The notes beneath the pieces were generated by a model. The model did no database searches and had not been told where the DNA came from. It worked only from the letters and a program-made list of their open reading frames with translations. 64,000 nt of DNA from Mobula hypostoma. Taxonomy: Eukaryota. Shown one piece after another: positions 13,276 to 26,472 of this stretch (positions within the stretch are counted from its first letter, which is position 1; each line of letters begins with the position of its first letter). Both the position numbers and the translations under genes were made by a program. Where the stretch lies: contig NC_086108.1 of assembly GCF_963921235.1 (NCBI RefSeq), forward strand, positions 43,960,001 to 44,024,000. Reading direction: 5' to 3'.

Positions 13276-13899
13276 TGACTTGACTGGGAAGCAAAACAGA
13301 AATGACACTGAGCAAGGCAGTCCTATAAGGAGGCAGTGTGGTTGGGTGGATGAGTTGGCTCTTAATTGCAGGGTATGTATGCTTAGGATATTCAGGAAGC
13401 AATTCTATTTCAGCCTGCCTATCTGTTGTGATGCCTTTGAAATGTTTTCCCATTTTCTTAATTTGATATTTTCTTAACTGATGGTTGTTCTCTCCCTCCC
13501 CCTCTTCTTTGCAATTAGAACTCTTCATTGACCTCAGTGTTGATCTCCTTATATGCTGACTAATCTGTCGAGTGATTTTTGGCTTTTTTAAAAATGCTTT
13601 TTTACTACTCCAAGCTTTTTAGAGATGCAATCAGGCTTTACGCAGTGTAAAGGCTAATATCACACAGTTTTTAAACCCACTTGGATGCACAGTCATCCAC
13701 AGCATGACTGATAGTTGTTGCACACTGAATGCATCTTAATTAGCAGGTAACGGTGACAAGTAAACTCCACATCACAATCCCATCTGATTCAGCCCTGTAG
13801 GCTCATTACCTGGATTGCCTTTGTATATTTTGATGCTGGAAAACAACCAGAATAGTCTGTCTAATATTACCTGGCATTGAAAGTAACTATTGTATATTT

Positions 13900-16800
13900 T
13901 GAAAGTTTGAGATTGACAGATCATATAGTTTAACACATAGCTAAGGAGATGGTGCAGGAGGGAGGGCTTCTGATTTTTGGATCATTTGTCTCTATTCCAG
14001 GGAAGGTGGGATCTGTACAGGCAGAACGGTTTGCATCTGAACTAGAGGAGGTCTAATATACTTGCAGGAAGGTTTGCTACTGCTGCACAGGGGAGGGGTG
14101 TTTAGAGTTGCAAGGGGATGGGAGTCAAAGCACCAGAACAGGTAGTGGAGTAATTCTGGGGAAAGATTTCGTTAAGCCTACATACAAAGTCTTACATTCC
14201 AAGTGGCAATAATTTTCTTTTGTGTAACTTGAATTTTATGAGCAGCAGCTTGATGACAGTTGGGGATCCCCTGCTGCCCAGAATCAACCCTACTGAGCGA
14301 AGCATCTTCAGAATTGTCTTGAAGATCCTCTTGATGCTGTTGTTGTGTGATACATTTTGTGAACTTGACCATGGTTTCCTTAGTAAATAGATTCCAGGAA
14401 ACCCAGTATCTAGCAATGGTGGTTTGCTATTGCTTACTGTTGGGCGAACTAAAGAAATCGGCACTTCTCTTCCCAAATGTTCATCCGCCTGTACTATAGC
14501 CGTTGACATTTGAGGTTGTAGCTCACCCGCCTTCTCCATCATAAGTTCAGTTGGCCTTCGCTCGTATCCTGAGCAGGAACTCTTGCAGGTGCTACCGTTC
14601 CGGGTCAGAGCGGCCCTGGGAGCAATGACTGATGAAGGGGTAACTCCACTTTCCCCAAAGCTCTGAAAGTCCCCAATCAGAGCCTCATCACTGGTTGCAA
14701 TTTAGAGTCATACCCAGGACACTAGTTTATTCTTGTGGAACATCCCATACTAATGGAGTAGGAATTCTTATGGCTGAAAACATGGCAAGAAGTGTTTTAG
14801 GACATTGGTCAATATCAGAAAGCGTGCTCCTTGTTAGATCCAGAGGACAACCATTTGATTTAGCAATTATACAAGTATATGCACCAAAAACAGATGGAAC
14901 AAATGAAGATATAGATAAATTCTATGAAGAGTTTGAACAAGCAAAGAATGGATGCAAATCTCAAGATATTGTTATTGTCATGGGAGATCTAAATGCTAAA
15001 GTGTGCTGATGGAAATGCCATAGGAAAATTTGGACTAGGAGAAAGAAATGAAAGAGGTGAGAAATGCGTAGAATGGTGCAAGATGAATAATCAGGTCATT
15101 ATGAATACCTACTTTAAAAACCATCCAAGAGGCTTGTGGACCTGGAATAGTCCAGGTGATAACACTAGAAATCAAATTGACTTTATTACTATAAACCAAA
15201 GATTTAGAAAGTCAGTGACTCAATGCAAAACATATTCAGGTGCAGACTGTAATAGTGACCGTAACCCAGTAGTTTGTCATGTAAAAGTAGAACTTAAAAA
15301 ATTAAAGAAGCAAAAACCTGAACAATCCCTTGACTACTTGCAATTAATTAAAGAAGAAAACTTAAGACAAAAATTTACAATTGAAGTAAGGAATAGATTT
15401 CAAAGTCCAGAAATGGAATCTGTTGAAGATGATAGCAATCATGTAGAAATGAAATTTAACTCTCTAAAGGATGCCTTGGTAGAATCAGCAAAGTCAGTGA
15501 TTCCTAAGAAAGAAAAAAGCACAAAGAATAAATGAATGACAGATGAAATCAAAAATCTAATGGAAGAAAGGAGACGGAAGAAAGCAAATCCTATAGAATA
15601 TAAGTCCTTAGATAAAAAAGTTAAAAGTTTATGTCAAAAAGCCAAAGAAGAACAGTTAAAACAGGAATGTGAGCAAATAGAAAGAAACCCTATTACTGAT
15701 CCAAAAAGGTTACATCAACAAATCAAGAATATCACTGGTAAAAAGCTCCTCTGTTCTTCAGGTGGATGTTTGAAAGCAAAGGATGGTATCATTATCATGG
15801 AAAAAGATGAGATTATGAACAAATGGACTGAGTATATTTAGGAATTGTTTGAAGATGATCGAGGCGAAAAACCCAAAATTAAGAAAAACATTGAAGGTCC
15901 AAGTATTTTAAAATCTGAAGTTCGTAATGCCATAAATAAGATGAAGAAAGGAAAGGCAGCCGGTCCTGATGAATTAGTAATAGAACGAATTATCATCCTT
16001 GAAGATTATGGAATTGAAAAACTTACTGATTTAATCAATGACATTTATGAGACTGGAATAATACCAGAAGAGATGAAAAAATCAGTATTTATCACTCTTC
16101 CTAAGAAACCTGGAGCAATAGAATGTGAATTACATAGGACCATAAGTTTAGTGAGTCATATCACCAAGATACTTCTAGGAATTTTGATGACAAGAGCTAG
16201 AAGTAAGATAGAGCTGAAATAGGTAAAGAATAATGTGGTTTTGTGAAAGACAAAGGTAAAAGAAATGCAATATTGATGTTAAGGATACTATCAGAACGAG
16301 CTATTCAAGTGCAAAAAGATTTGTTTGTTTGTTTTATCGACTACACAAAAGCATTTGATAAAGTGAAGCACAATAAGTTATTTGAAATATTACAGCAAAC
16401 TCTAGATCTAGATTCGAAAGACCTCGGCCTAATCAGAAATCTGTACTGGGAACAATCTGCCGCTGTAAGAATAGATGGAGAAGTGAGTCAGTTCATGAAA
16501 ATCAAGAGGCGTTAGACAAGGGTGTGTTTTCTCCCCTGATTTATTTAATGTGTACAGTGAAACAATATTACAAAAAATAAGAGACATCTTGGGAATCAAA
16601 GTTGGCAGTGAAAATATCAATAATTTCAGATATGCAGATGACACTGTGTTAATTGCAAGCACGGAGGAAGAACTACAAAACTTAATTGATATAATTGTTG
16701 AAGAAAGTGCAAAATTGGGTCTATCAATTGCTAAAAGACACAATGTCAGATTGTATGGTGATATCCAAAAAGAAGGAGAATCCTATCTGCAGGCTGAGAA

Positions 16801-19800
16801 TAAATGAGGAAGACATAAAACAAGTACAGAACCTTTGCTACTTAGTAAGCTGGGTGACATCAGATGGCAGGTGCGACATGGACATCAAAAGAAGAATAGG
16901 GATGGCAAAAGACACCTTTACGAGAATGAAGAGTATACTGACCAATACTAAACTAGGCATGACAACCCACCTCAGAGTACTGAAATGTTACGTTTATCCA
17001 GTTATGTTTTACGGCTCAGAACGTTGGACAATATCTAGTAACATGAGGAAACGAATTGTGGCAGCAGAGATGTGGTTTTTGAGGAGGATACAAAGAATAT
17101 CATGGGTGAAACGCATATCTAATGAGGATGTTATGAACAGAGCAAACGCAAAAAGAGAAATAATGTATGAGATCATGAAAAGGCAACATGGCTTCATTGG
17201 ACATGTGATTAGGAAAGAGGAGTTAGGATGAACGGTAATTATGGGGAAAGATTGAAGGGGAGAAAGCAAGAGGAAGACAAAGACAAATGATGATGGAGAC
17301 AGCAGCCAGAGAACTGGAAATGAATACCAACGAATTGATCCACTTGACCCGAAACAGGAGTGTGTGGGCCATGGCAGTCAAAGCTCAAACTGGGCACAGC
17401 ACCTGATGATGATGATGATGATGATAATGATGACATACAAAGTCAGAAATTGAAATGTCTGAGTTGTGTATATTTCAATGCAAGGAGTATTCTAGGAAAG
17501 ACAGATGAGTTTAGGGCATTGATCATCATGTAGAATTATGATATTGTAACTATTAGTGAGACTTGGTTCCAGGAGGGGCTGGACTGGCAGCTCAGTTTTC
17601 CAGGATCCCGTAGTTTTAGATGTGATAGAGTGTGAGGGATTGAAGGGGAAGGGATGGGATTACTAGTCAGGGAAAATGTCATGGTAGCGTTCAGTCAGGA
17701 CAGACTGGAGAGCTCATCTTCTGTGGTTATATCAGTGGAACTGAGGAATAAGAAAAGGATGGCCATATTAATAGAATTATATTATAGACCACCCAATAGT
17801 CAGCAGAATTTAGATGAGCAAATTTATGTGAGATTGCCGACTGTTGCAAGAACCATAAAGTTGTGATAGTAAGTGATTTTAACTTTCCACATATTTATTG
17901 AGTGGGACTCCTATACTGTAAAAGGGCTGGGTGGAACAGAGTTAGTCAAATGTGTTCAGGAAAGTTTCCTTTATCACCACATAGAGGTTCCAACTAAAGG
18001 GATTGTGATACTAGATCTCCTATTAGGGAATGAGATTAGGTAGTTGACAAAAATTTGTGTAGCAGAACACTTTGCATCTAGTGATCGTAATGCTATTAGT
18101 CACAATATAATTATGGAAAAGGATAGGTCTGGTCCTCTGGTTGAGATTCTAAATTGGAGAAAAACTAATTGTGACGGTATCAGAAAGGATTTGGCAACTA
18201 GGCATTGAGATGGGTTGTTTTCCAGCAAAGATGTACTTGGTAAGTGGGAGGCCTAAAGTGAAAATTTTGAGAGTACGGAGTTTGTATGTTGCTGTCAGAA
18301 TAAAAGGCAAAGATAACGGGTTTAAGGAACCTTGGTTTTTAAGAGGTATTGAGGCCCTGGTTAAGAAGAAGAGGGTACATAGCAGGCAAAGGCAGAAAGA
18401 AACAAATGAGGTACTTGAGTGTAAGAAATGCAAGAGAACACAGGAAGGAAATCAGGAGGGCTAAAAGATGGCATGCCGTTGCTCTAGCAAACAAGGTGGA
18501 GGAGAATTCCAACTTCTACGGATATATTAAGAGCAAAAGGATTGCAAGGAATAAAATTGGTCTTCTTAAAGATCATAGTGGTCACTTATGCATGGAGCTG
18601 AAAGAGACGGGAAATCTTAACTGGATTGTTTGCATGTGTATTTATTCGAGAGATAGGCAGTGTCTGTGGAAGCAAGGCAAATTAGCAGTGAGGTCATGCA
18701 CTGTATACAAGCTACAGAGGAGGAGGTGTTGGTGTCTTGAGGTAAATTAGGGTGGGTAAATTCCTACGCTTAACAAAGTATTCCTTCATACTGTGCAGAA
18801 ATTCCTGGGGCCGTTGAAGAGATATCTAAAATGTCCTTAGCAATGACTGAAATGCTGTGGAGGATTAGAGATAGCTAATATTGTTTTCCATTGTTTAACA
18901 AAGGCTCTAAAAATAAGAAGGGACATTATCAGCTGGCGAGTCTGACATCAGTAGTGGGTAAATTCATGGAAGGTATTCTAAGGAACTGGATATATAAGTA
19001 TTAGGATAGATACAGACTGATTACAGATAGTCAATACGGCTTTGTGCATGTCTAACCACTATTATGGAGTTTTTCAAGGAAGTTACCAGGAATGTTGATG
19101 AAGGCAAGGCAGTGGATGTTGTCTACCTGGACTTCTCCAAGACCTTTGACAAGGTCGCTCGTGGGAGGTTGGTCTAGAAAGTTGGGTCACAGCATTAATG
19201 ATGAGCTAGTGAATTGGATTAGACATTGAATTCACGGGTATTGAAGAGTGTGGTAGAACAGAGGGATCTGGGAATACAGATTCATAATTCCTTGAAAGTG
19301 GTGGCACAAGTAGACTGGGTTATAAAAAGATCTTTTAGCACATTGGGCTTCGAAAATCAAAATGTTTAGTACAGAAATAGGGATTTTTAGTTAATGTTGT
19401 ATACAATGTTGGTGAGTCCTAATTTGGAGTATTGTGTTCGGTTCTGATCACCTATCTGCAGGAAAATTGTCTATAAGATTGAAAGAGTGCAGAGAAATTT
19501 TAGGAGAATGTTGCCAGAACAGGATTTGAATTACAGGGAAAGGTTGAATAGGTTACAACTTTATTCCCTCGAGTGTAGGAGAATGAGGGGAGAATTGATA
19601 GAAGTCTACAAAATTGAGGTTATAGACAGAGTAAATGCAAGCCACTTATTTCCACTCAGGTTGGATGAGAATTGGGTTAAGGGTGCAAGTTGAACTGTTT
19701 AAGGGGAACATGTGGGAACTTCATCATTCAGGGTGGTGAGAGTGTTGAACAAGCTGTCAGTGGAAGTGGTGGATATGGGTTTGATTTAAAGTTTTAAAGA

Positions 19801-19920
19801 GAAATTTGGATTGATACATGGATGGGGGGAGTGTTGAGGGCTATGGTCTGGGTGCAGGTGAATGGAACTGTGCAGATTAACAGTTTGGCATGGACTAGAT
19901 GGGCTATGACTTTATGACTG
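13900..19920 (+). mobile_element. CR1 LINE (ORF1 end plus decayed ORF2), split by the RTE insertion
   Basis: ORF1 esterase remnant (WCRREGF..GLHLN..NILAGRF) at 13950-14090. APE start CVYFNARSI at ~17465, RT remnants, and a (tatgact)n tail near 19910. Confidence 0.85.
14192..17432 (+). mobile_element. RTE-clade LINE, near full length, 5'-inverted, decayed APE-RT ORF
   Basis: APE motifs (IIQVYAP, VMGDLNAKV, NQIDFI) and RT motifs (CFIDYTKAFDKV, RQGCVFSP, RYADD). (GAT)n tail. 12-bp TSD acatacaaagtc at 14180-14191 and 17433-17444. Segment 14192-~14720 is on the minus strand. Confidence 0.93.
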
Positions 19921-20214
19921 ACTACTTCTGTAGAGCTGCTGATTTTGGATAATATGTGAATCTGCTTCGTCTCAGAAGTAGCTTGCTTTGCCCACTTAAT
20001 TTGGACAGAATATGGTGTAGCATAGAAATATTCACTTCCTTTATTGATGCTGAAAAAAATTAATGTGCATTTCTAGCATTTCTAGTTTATATTTTGGACT
20101 TTGAACATCTTTTCTTGAAACAGTTGATTGTTAATGGACCAAAATATTTAGAACAACAATGTTGAAGATAAAATTCTATAATAAAAAAAAAGTTCAATAT
20201 CGTTTTAGATAATA

Positions 20215-20690
20215 CAGTAGAATTTCAATAAGCCGATATTCTCAGAGCTGAGGTGGTGCCAGACTGGGATGTTTTCAAGACAGAGATGTTATTCATTTTA
20301 ATATACTGATCCACTTTAAATACACTTTTAATTTTAGACTATTATTATAATTTATTCAGTGAACCTAAGACAATGCGGGATACAAAGCCAGGTGTGTTTC
20401 AAGGTAATGTTGGAAACAAGAATCGAATATGTCTAATGAGGCTTGGAAACACGACACCCTGATACACTAAGGAACAGTTTATAAGAAATGCTAGAAGCAG
20501 AGCCCTGCAGAGTTGATACAGTAAACCTTAAATTCTAAAACATATTCAAAATTGGAAGGTGGACTTGTTTATTTCACTTCTCTTTTTATTTACTGTAAAT
20601 AACTTGCCATCATACACCAGTTTTACTTAGCTGCTTGCCACCGGTGCCAACCTGAGAAAATCTGATAATCAAATTGAATTAAATAGAGTA
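20215..20690. mobile_element. Old Tigger-like MITE (same family as 51570-51942)
   Basis: tacagtagaatttcaataagccg...ggtggtgccagactg resembles the reverse complement of 51885-51942. The right end is uncertain. Confidence 0.4.
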
Positions 20691-21106
20691 CCTAAATGAA
20701 TTAATCTAATTGTGAATTTCAAAAGATAATTGCAATCTTGCTTTCCCATGAAAAACTGGCAAGGTAGTTCTTTGATACTTCCAGTGATGTTTTGCTTTAC
20801 ATAGAATATTAGTTGGTGAAACCAAACAAAAAGTCCCATTTCTTTTTATGATGCTACATTACTAATGTTGATACTATGATTGTTAGCTGAATTAATTCAC
20901 ATGCTGATACAATTTCTTCTCTATTGTGCATGGGCAAATAGTGTATGGTTGTACCAAATGTTATCTAAACCCTGTCAATCTAGCTGTTATTCACACCAAA
21001 GGACCTTCGACACATTTTTGAAGTACAGTATATCCATAATTTTGGCTTCAGTTCATTATTTCTTCAGAGGATATGTACCTAGATATAGATATTCTTTTAT
21101 TTCCAG

Positions 21107-21208
21107 ATCTTTACCTTATGCACTGGCCTGGTGGAAATGTCCCGGGAAAAACTAATCGTGAACTTCGAGCTGAAACGTGGCAAGCAATTGAAGAATTGTA
21201 TGACGAAG
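21107..21208 (+). CDS. Next exon of the same aldo-keto reductase (catalytic His exon)
   Basis: Pyrimidine tract plus ttccag acceptor and gtgagt donor at 21209. 102 nt, phase 1-1, encoding (D)LYLMHWPGGNVPGKTNRELRAETWQAIEELYDE(G), with the typical AKR DLYLxHWP motif. Confidence 0.92.
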
Positions 21209-22209
21209 GTGAGTAGCAGCTACTAAGTGAATTATGTTGATACTTTTCCAAATATTATGTGCTACCATTTACACTTTTTGCATCTTAATATATATTTCAA
21301 TGCCCTTTGTTTGGATAATACCATGTGTACTTTCCTAAATTGATTTTTAAAATATATTTTGATTTGTGGGTAGCAGGCTAAGAGTGGTGCAGAGTAGATT
21401 CAGAAATTGCAGAAAGTTAGTAATGACCAATTGGATGAGCAAATCATTACCTTTTGTTGCTTGCTCCTTCCAAATGTATAAAGGTATTTATAAGTGGGTG
21501 CACCTTAGATGTTCTTGCCGACCATTAACAATGAGTTTCAGGTCGCTGCCAGCTGATGTGAATTGAGTTGGATGCATTAACAGCTCAAGATAAAGCAGTC
21601 TTAATGTGGCAGCCTCATCTGAAGCTGCAAGAGTTTAGTGCTAGAATACTCTGCTCTTCATCTTTTACATTATTTATTTATTTTGTATCTGATGGTAATT
21701 ACTAATGTCTTTCACTGTAACTGCTGGCAAAAAACACATTTCATGACATACATCCTTGATAATAAACCTGATTCTGATTTTAAAGTATACTTAAATTTAC
21801 TCCTCAAAAAATAATGACGAGCTTCCCCTTAGTCAGATTTCAGTGTTGGGATGTGTCCTTATTCAGAAGACACCCCTTAAATGGGGAATATTGTAAAGGG
21901 CCCAACGCTGTAGAAGGATGAATGTTCTAAGACTGGCTAATGACAGGTGATCCTCAGAACAAGGTGATCTAATTTCACAGATAACACTCTAAAATAGTAG
22001 GAATTGCATTATTATACGTGGGTGAATTGTAGCAGAGTGGCTGGTCACAATCGCATTTCACTCAAGATTCAAAGTAAATTTATTATCAAAATACATGTAT
22101 GTCACCACATACAATCCTGAGATTCATTTTCTTGAACTTCAGAAATAAGTAATTGTCAAACACATAGAACTGCGGAAAAGACAGGACTACACTTTTTTTT
22201 TTCACCATC

Positions 22210-23110
22210 AAGAGAAAATCTGCGGATGCTGGAAATCCAAGCAACACACACAAAATGCTGGAGGAACTCAAAAGGCCAGGCAGCATCTATAGAAAAGAGT
22301 ACAGTCGATGTTTCGAGGCAAGACCCTTCATCGGGTCTGGAAAAAATAAAGATGAGGAGTCAGAATAAGAAAGTGGGGGGAGGGGTGAAATAAAGAGCTG
22401 GGAAGTTGCTTGATGAAAGAGATACAGGGCTGTAGAAGGGGACTCTAATAGGAGAGGACAGAAAGCCATCGAAGAAAGGAAAGGAGGGGTGCAGCGAGGT
22501 GATGAGCAGGTAAGAAGGTAAGGTGAAGGAGAGGGGGGCACTACTGCAAGTTTGAGAAATTAATGTTCATGCCATGAGGTTGGAGGCTACCCAGACAGAA
22601 TATAAGGTGTTGTTTCTTCAACCTGAGTGTGGCCTCATCGCGACAGTAGAGGAGGCCATGGACTGACATGTCGGAATGGGAAGTAGAATTAAAATAGGTG
22701 GCCACTGGGAGATCCTGCTTTTTCTGGCGGATGGAGCGTAGGTGGTCAGCGAAGCAGTCTCCCAATCTGCATCAGGTCTCCCCAATATACAGGAAGCCAC
22801 ACTGGGAGCATCAGATACAATAGATGACCCGAACATACTCACAGGTGAAGTGTTGCCTCGCCTGGAAGGAGTGCTTGGAGTCTTGAGTGGTAGTGAGGGA
22901 GGAAGTGTAGGAGCAGGTGTAGCAGTTGTTCTGCTTGCAAGGAAATCTTTCTGCTTTCCACAGGGATTGCTCCCTTCACGACTCCCTTGTCCATTCATCC
23001 CTCCCCACTGTTCTCCCTTCTGGCACTTACCCTTGCAAGCGGAACAAGTGCTACACCTGCCCCTACACTTCCTCTCTTTCTCTACCAATCAGGGCCCCAA
23101 ACAGTCCTCC
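22210..23110 (-). mobile_element. Penelope (Neptune-like) fragment with 5' inversion
   Basis: GIY-YIG C-terminus (GDCFADHLRSIRQ..HGMNINFS) and 3' repeat on minus (22210-22942), then a plus-strand segment (22945-23110) whose end is an inverted copy of 22861-22942. Confidence 0.85.
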
Positions 23111-24124
23111 TTAATGGCATAATGGCAAATTATAAGCCAATGTCACAATTGCTTCCCCATAGAAGGTGGTACTCCTTGTTTCTATGATTCCAGACTTCTC
23201 ACGATCTTTAAAGTTTATAGATTTTTAAAAAAATTCTCACAGTTTGTTGACCGTTTCTAATTTCCTCAAACCAAATTGATTAGAAGTAGTCACTGTAATG
23301 TTGAAATTGCCGCAATTGTTATGTGACATTTCTCAACAATATGACAAAATCAGATAATTATCCGCATTTTTGCAACATTCTGATCAGCTTTGTAGTTTTT
23401 TGTTTATCGTTAATTACCTTGGTGACTTTTTCTTGCAGTTATTCATTAGGATAAGCCTAAGTCTCTCTATATTTACAATATACTAAAGCTGTTTGTTATC
23501 TTTTATTTTTATAGTTATATTTCAGGCACTTTTAAAGACTTTATATTTCTTGTTTTTTGCAATCTGCTTGATAACATTCTTATCTCCAGACTTTCTGTGG
23601 AGAGACCATTAATCAACTGTGGCTCAGTATGGTTAGCACCTTTTCATTCAGATATCTGCCTGTGATAAAAACTGGAATAAATTAAAGTCAGAATAATATG
23701 TATTTGTTTGGGCAATGCTACTTCCAATTTGAGGACTATAATATGTTATGTTATTCAAATGTACTTTGGGATGTTAATTCATTTTCCTAAAAATAATTTC
23801 TCCATCTACTATGCACATGAACATATTTGAATCTCACTTAAATAAGCAATATGCATGTTTTAATCTGGTGGGTAGTTAGGAAACAACGGAGGCAGTTATT
23901 TCTTTGTTTTGACCCCATGCCTGTGTATTAAAAGATGGCCTGTTTCCTATGACAAAGAATTGCCTTATTCTACCTTGCTTCATCACATCTGCTACTAAAA
24001 CCTATCTTTACTAGCTGGTTTCAATCTTTCTGTTCTATGTAAAACTCTGCTGCTCATGTTCAAACTTCAGTGTGTGCTTCATGACACACTGGTTTTCATT
24101 TAAGCAATGCCTCATTTTAATATG

Positions 24125-24328
24125 TTGTTCCTCTCCACACCTTGTGGCACATCGAGCGGCAACCTGTACCATTCGTTAGCATTTGTCTGTTTTTTTTTTA
24201 ACGAGGCCAAGTTGCTAGCTCGATAATCAACCCAGCACAGATGGAAAGTGTGCAAAGAGCCGGCCGTATTCGAAGCCTGGACCACTTGCTGGAAGTCCAG
24301 TGCAGATGCCTCTACACCAACAACTGGC
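24125..24328 (-). mobile_element. tRNA-derived SINE
   Basis: Reverse complement shows an A-box tggtgtagagg and a B-box-like ggcttcgaatac. Its core gggttg..tcgagctagcaacttggcctcgttaaaa is shared with 26279-26472. Confidence 0.65.
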
Positions 24329-24419
24329 TTTCAATTTAATATACTCGGCCTTTGCAAATCCCACCATGGTCCCAAACACCTCTATCCGTTATAGCTTTTC
24401 AACAGTATCTTGCACAACT

Positions 24420-24700
24420 CAGGTGACTGCCTTGCAGCTTCAGTGACCAGGTTGAAACCTGACATACGAAGTTTATAATTTTCCCCTTTTCCCACTGTCC
24501 ATTTTCACCCACATGTCAAAAATGTGCAGATTGATAGGTTAATTAGCCCATTAAATTGCCCCTAGTGTGTTGGTGAGTGGAAGTATAATGGAGAGTTAAT
24601 GTGAATGTGGGGAAAAAAATTGGATTATTGAAGGATTATGGTTAAAAAGGATTTGGCGTCAAGTATGAAGAACCTGTTTCCATACAATTGATTTGATGAC
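24420..24700 (+). mobile_element. HE1-like V-SINE, diverged
   Basis: V-domain ataggttaattagcccattaaattgcccctagtgtg and tail aacctgtttcc. Confidence 0.6.
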
Positions 24701-24761
24701 TGTGATTCACTATAGAAATATAAAGAAATTAGACATAAACAGTGGCCATTTTATTAGGTAC

Positions 24762-25642
24762 TGACGATACAACCATTGTTGGTAGAATCTCAGGTGGTGA
24801 CAAAAGGGTATGCAGGAATGAGATATGCCAAATAGCTGCAGCAACAGCCTGGCACTCAACGTCAGTAAGACGAAAGAGCTGATTGTGGGCTTCAGGGAGG
24901 GTAAGGCGAAGGAACACATTCTAGAGGGATCAGAAGTGGAGTGAGTGTGCAGTTTCAAGTTCCTGGGTGTCAAGATCTCTAAGGATCTAACCTGGTCCCA
25001 ATATAGCGATGTAGTTATAAAGAAGGCAAGACAGCGGCTATACTTTATTAGGAGTTTGAAGAGATTTGGCATGTCAACAAACACATTCAGAAACTTCTAT
25101 AGTTGTACTGTGGAGAGCTTCTGACAGGATGCATCACTGTCTGGTATGGTAGGGCTACTGCACAGGACCAAAAGAAGCTGCAGAGAGTTGTAAATCTAGT
25201 CATCTCCATCTTGGGTACTAGCCTACAAAGAACGCAGGACATCTTTAGAGAACGGTGTCTCAGAAAGGCAGCATCCATTATTAAGGACCTCCAGCACCCA
25301 GCACCTCCATGCCCTTTTCTCACTGTTACCATCAGGTAGGAGGTGCAGAAGCCTGAAGGCACACACTCAGTGATTCAGGGACAGCTTCTTCCCCTCTGCC
25401 ATCCGATTCCTAAACAGACACTGAACTGGTGACCACTACCTCACTTTTTTAATATAAAATTTATTTCTGTGTTTTGCACGATTTTAATCTATTCAATATA
25501 CGTATACTATAATTGTTTTGTTATTATTATTTGATTTATTATTATTTTCTCTTCTATATCATGTATTGCATTGGACTGCTGTTGCTAAGTTAACAAATTT
25601 CATGTCACATGCCGGTGATAATAAATCTGATTCTGATTCTGA
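24762..25642 (+). mobile_element. Rex1/Babar LINE, 5'-truncated
   Basis: DDTTIVGRISGGD, FKFLGV, LTGCITVWYG..KKLQRVV, and a (ctgatt)n tail. Confidence 0.85.
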
Positions 25643-25659
25643 CCTTGTATTCTGTCTGG

Positions 25660-26043
25660 GTACCCTCCATGAATATTGATTTCTCCTTTCGGTAAACAAA
25701 TTTCCCCTGCCCCTTTCTCTATTCCCTACTCTGAACTTCTACTTCTTCTCACCTACCTCTTACTTCCCCCTAGGTCCACCCCTCTTTTCCTTTCTCTTAT
25801 GGTCCACTCTCCTCTCCTATCAGATTCTTTCTTCTCCAGTCCTTGACCTTTCCCACTCACCTGGCTTCACCTATCATGTTCTAGCTAGCATCTTTCCCCT
25901 CCCATACTCACCTTTTTATTCTGACATCTAGCCCCTTTCTTCTCAGCCCTTTTCAGGTCTTGGCCTGAAATGTCAACTGCTTATTCATTTCCATAGATGC
26001 TGCCTGACCTGCTGAGTTCTTCCAGCATTTTGTGTTTGTTGCT
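25660..26043 (+). mobile_element. Penelope 3' UTR/terminal fragment
   Basis: Pyrimidine-rich UTR ending ggtcttggcctgaaatgtcaactg...gatgctgcctgacctgctgagttcttccagc. Confidence 0.75.
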
Positions 26044-26278
26044 CCCTATAGCATGTATTCCTTTCCTCTATTATGCCATTAATAATGCACAAAGTATTTG
26101 TTTAATAAAGCTCCTGTGAAATATCTGAGGATGATTTTGCAAAAGGAGTTAAAAATGGAAAGATTGAAAAAAGGAGGAGGAATATACTATTTGGCTCTGA
26201 ATGGAGGTCCAGCCATGATTGTGAAGCATAGTCCAGTTGAACCATTCAAAACAATTATCATGGCTTATCATCCACTAA

Positions 26279-26472
26279 CAGTCCCCCTTGGTGGCGTAAT
26301 AATATCAGTGCCGGACTCTGGAGCGAAGGTTCCCGAGTTCGAATCCAAGTCGGGTTGAGCGTCGCGCTAGCAACTCGGCCTCGTAAAAACAAGAATAGCT
26401 TGCTACGGAAACACCATCATGACAGTGCCCCGATAACTCCACTGTCGAGTTAAAGGCTATTCTTCTTCTATT
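26279..26472 (+). mobile_element. Young tRNA-derived SINE with (TTC)n tail
   Basis: A-box tggcgtaat and B-box gagttcgaatcc (26335-26346), CpG-rich. TSD atccactaa at 26270-26278 and 26473-26481. Confidence 0.75.

Noticed and set aside
26279..26350. tRNA gene
   Set aside because: A and B boxes are present but no complete cloverleaf is evident. It continues into a SINE body with a tail and TSD.
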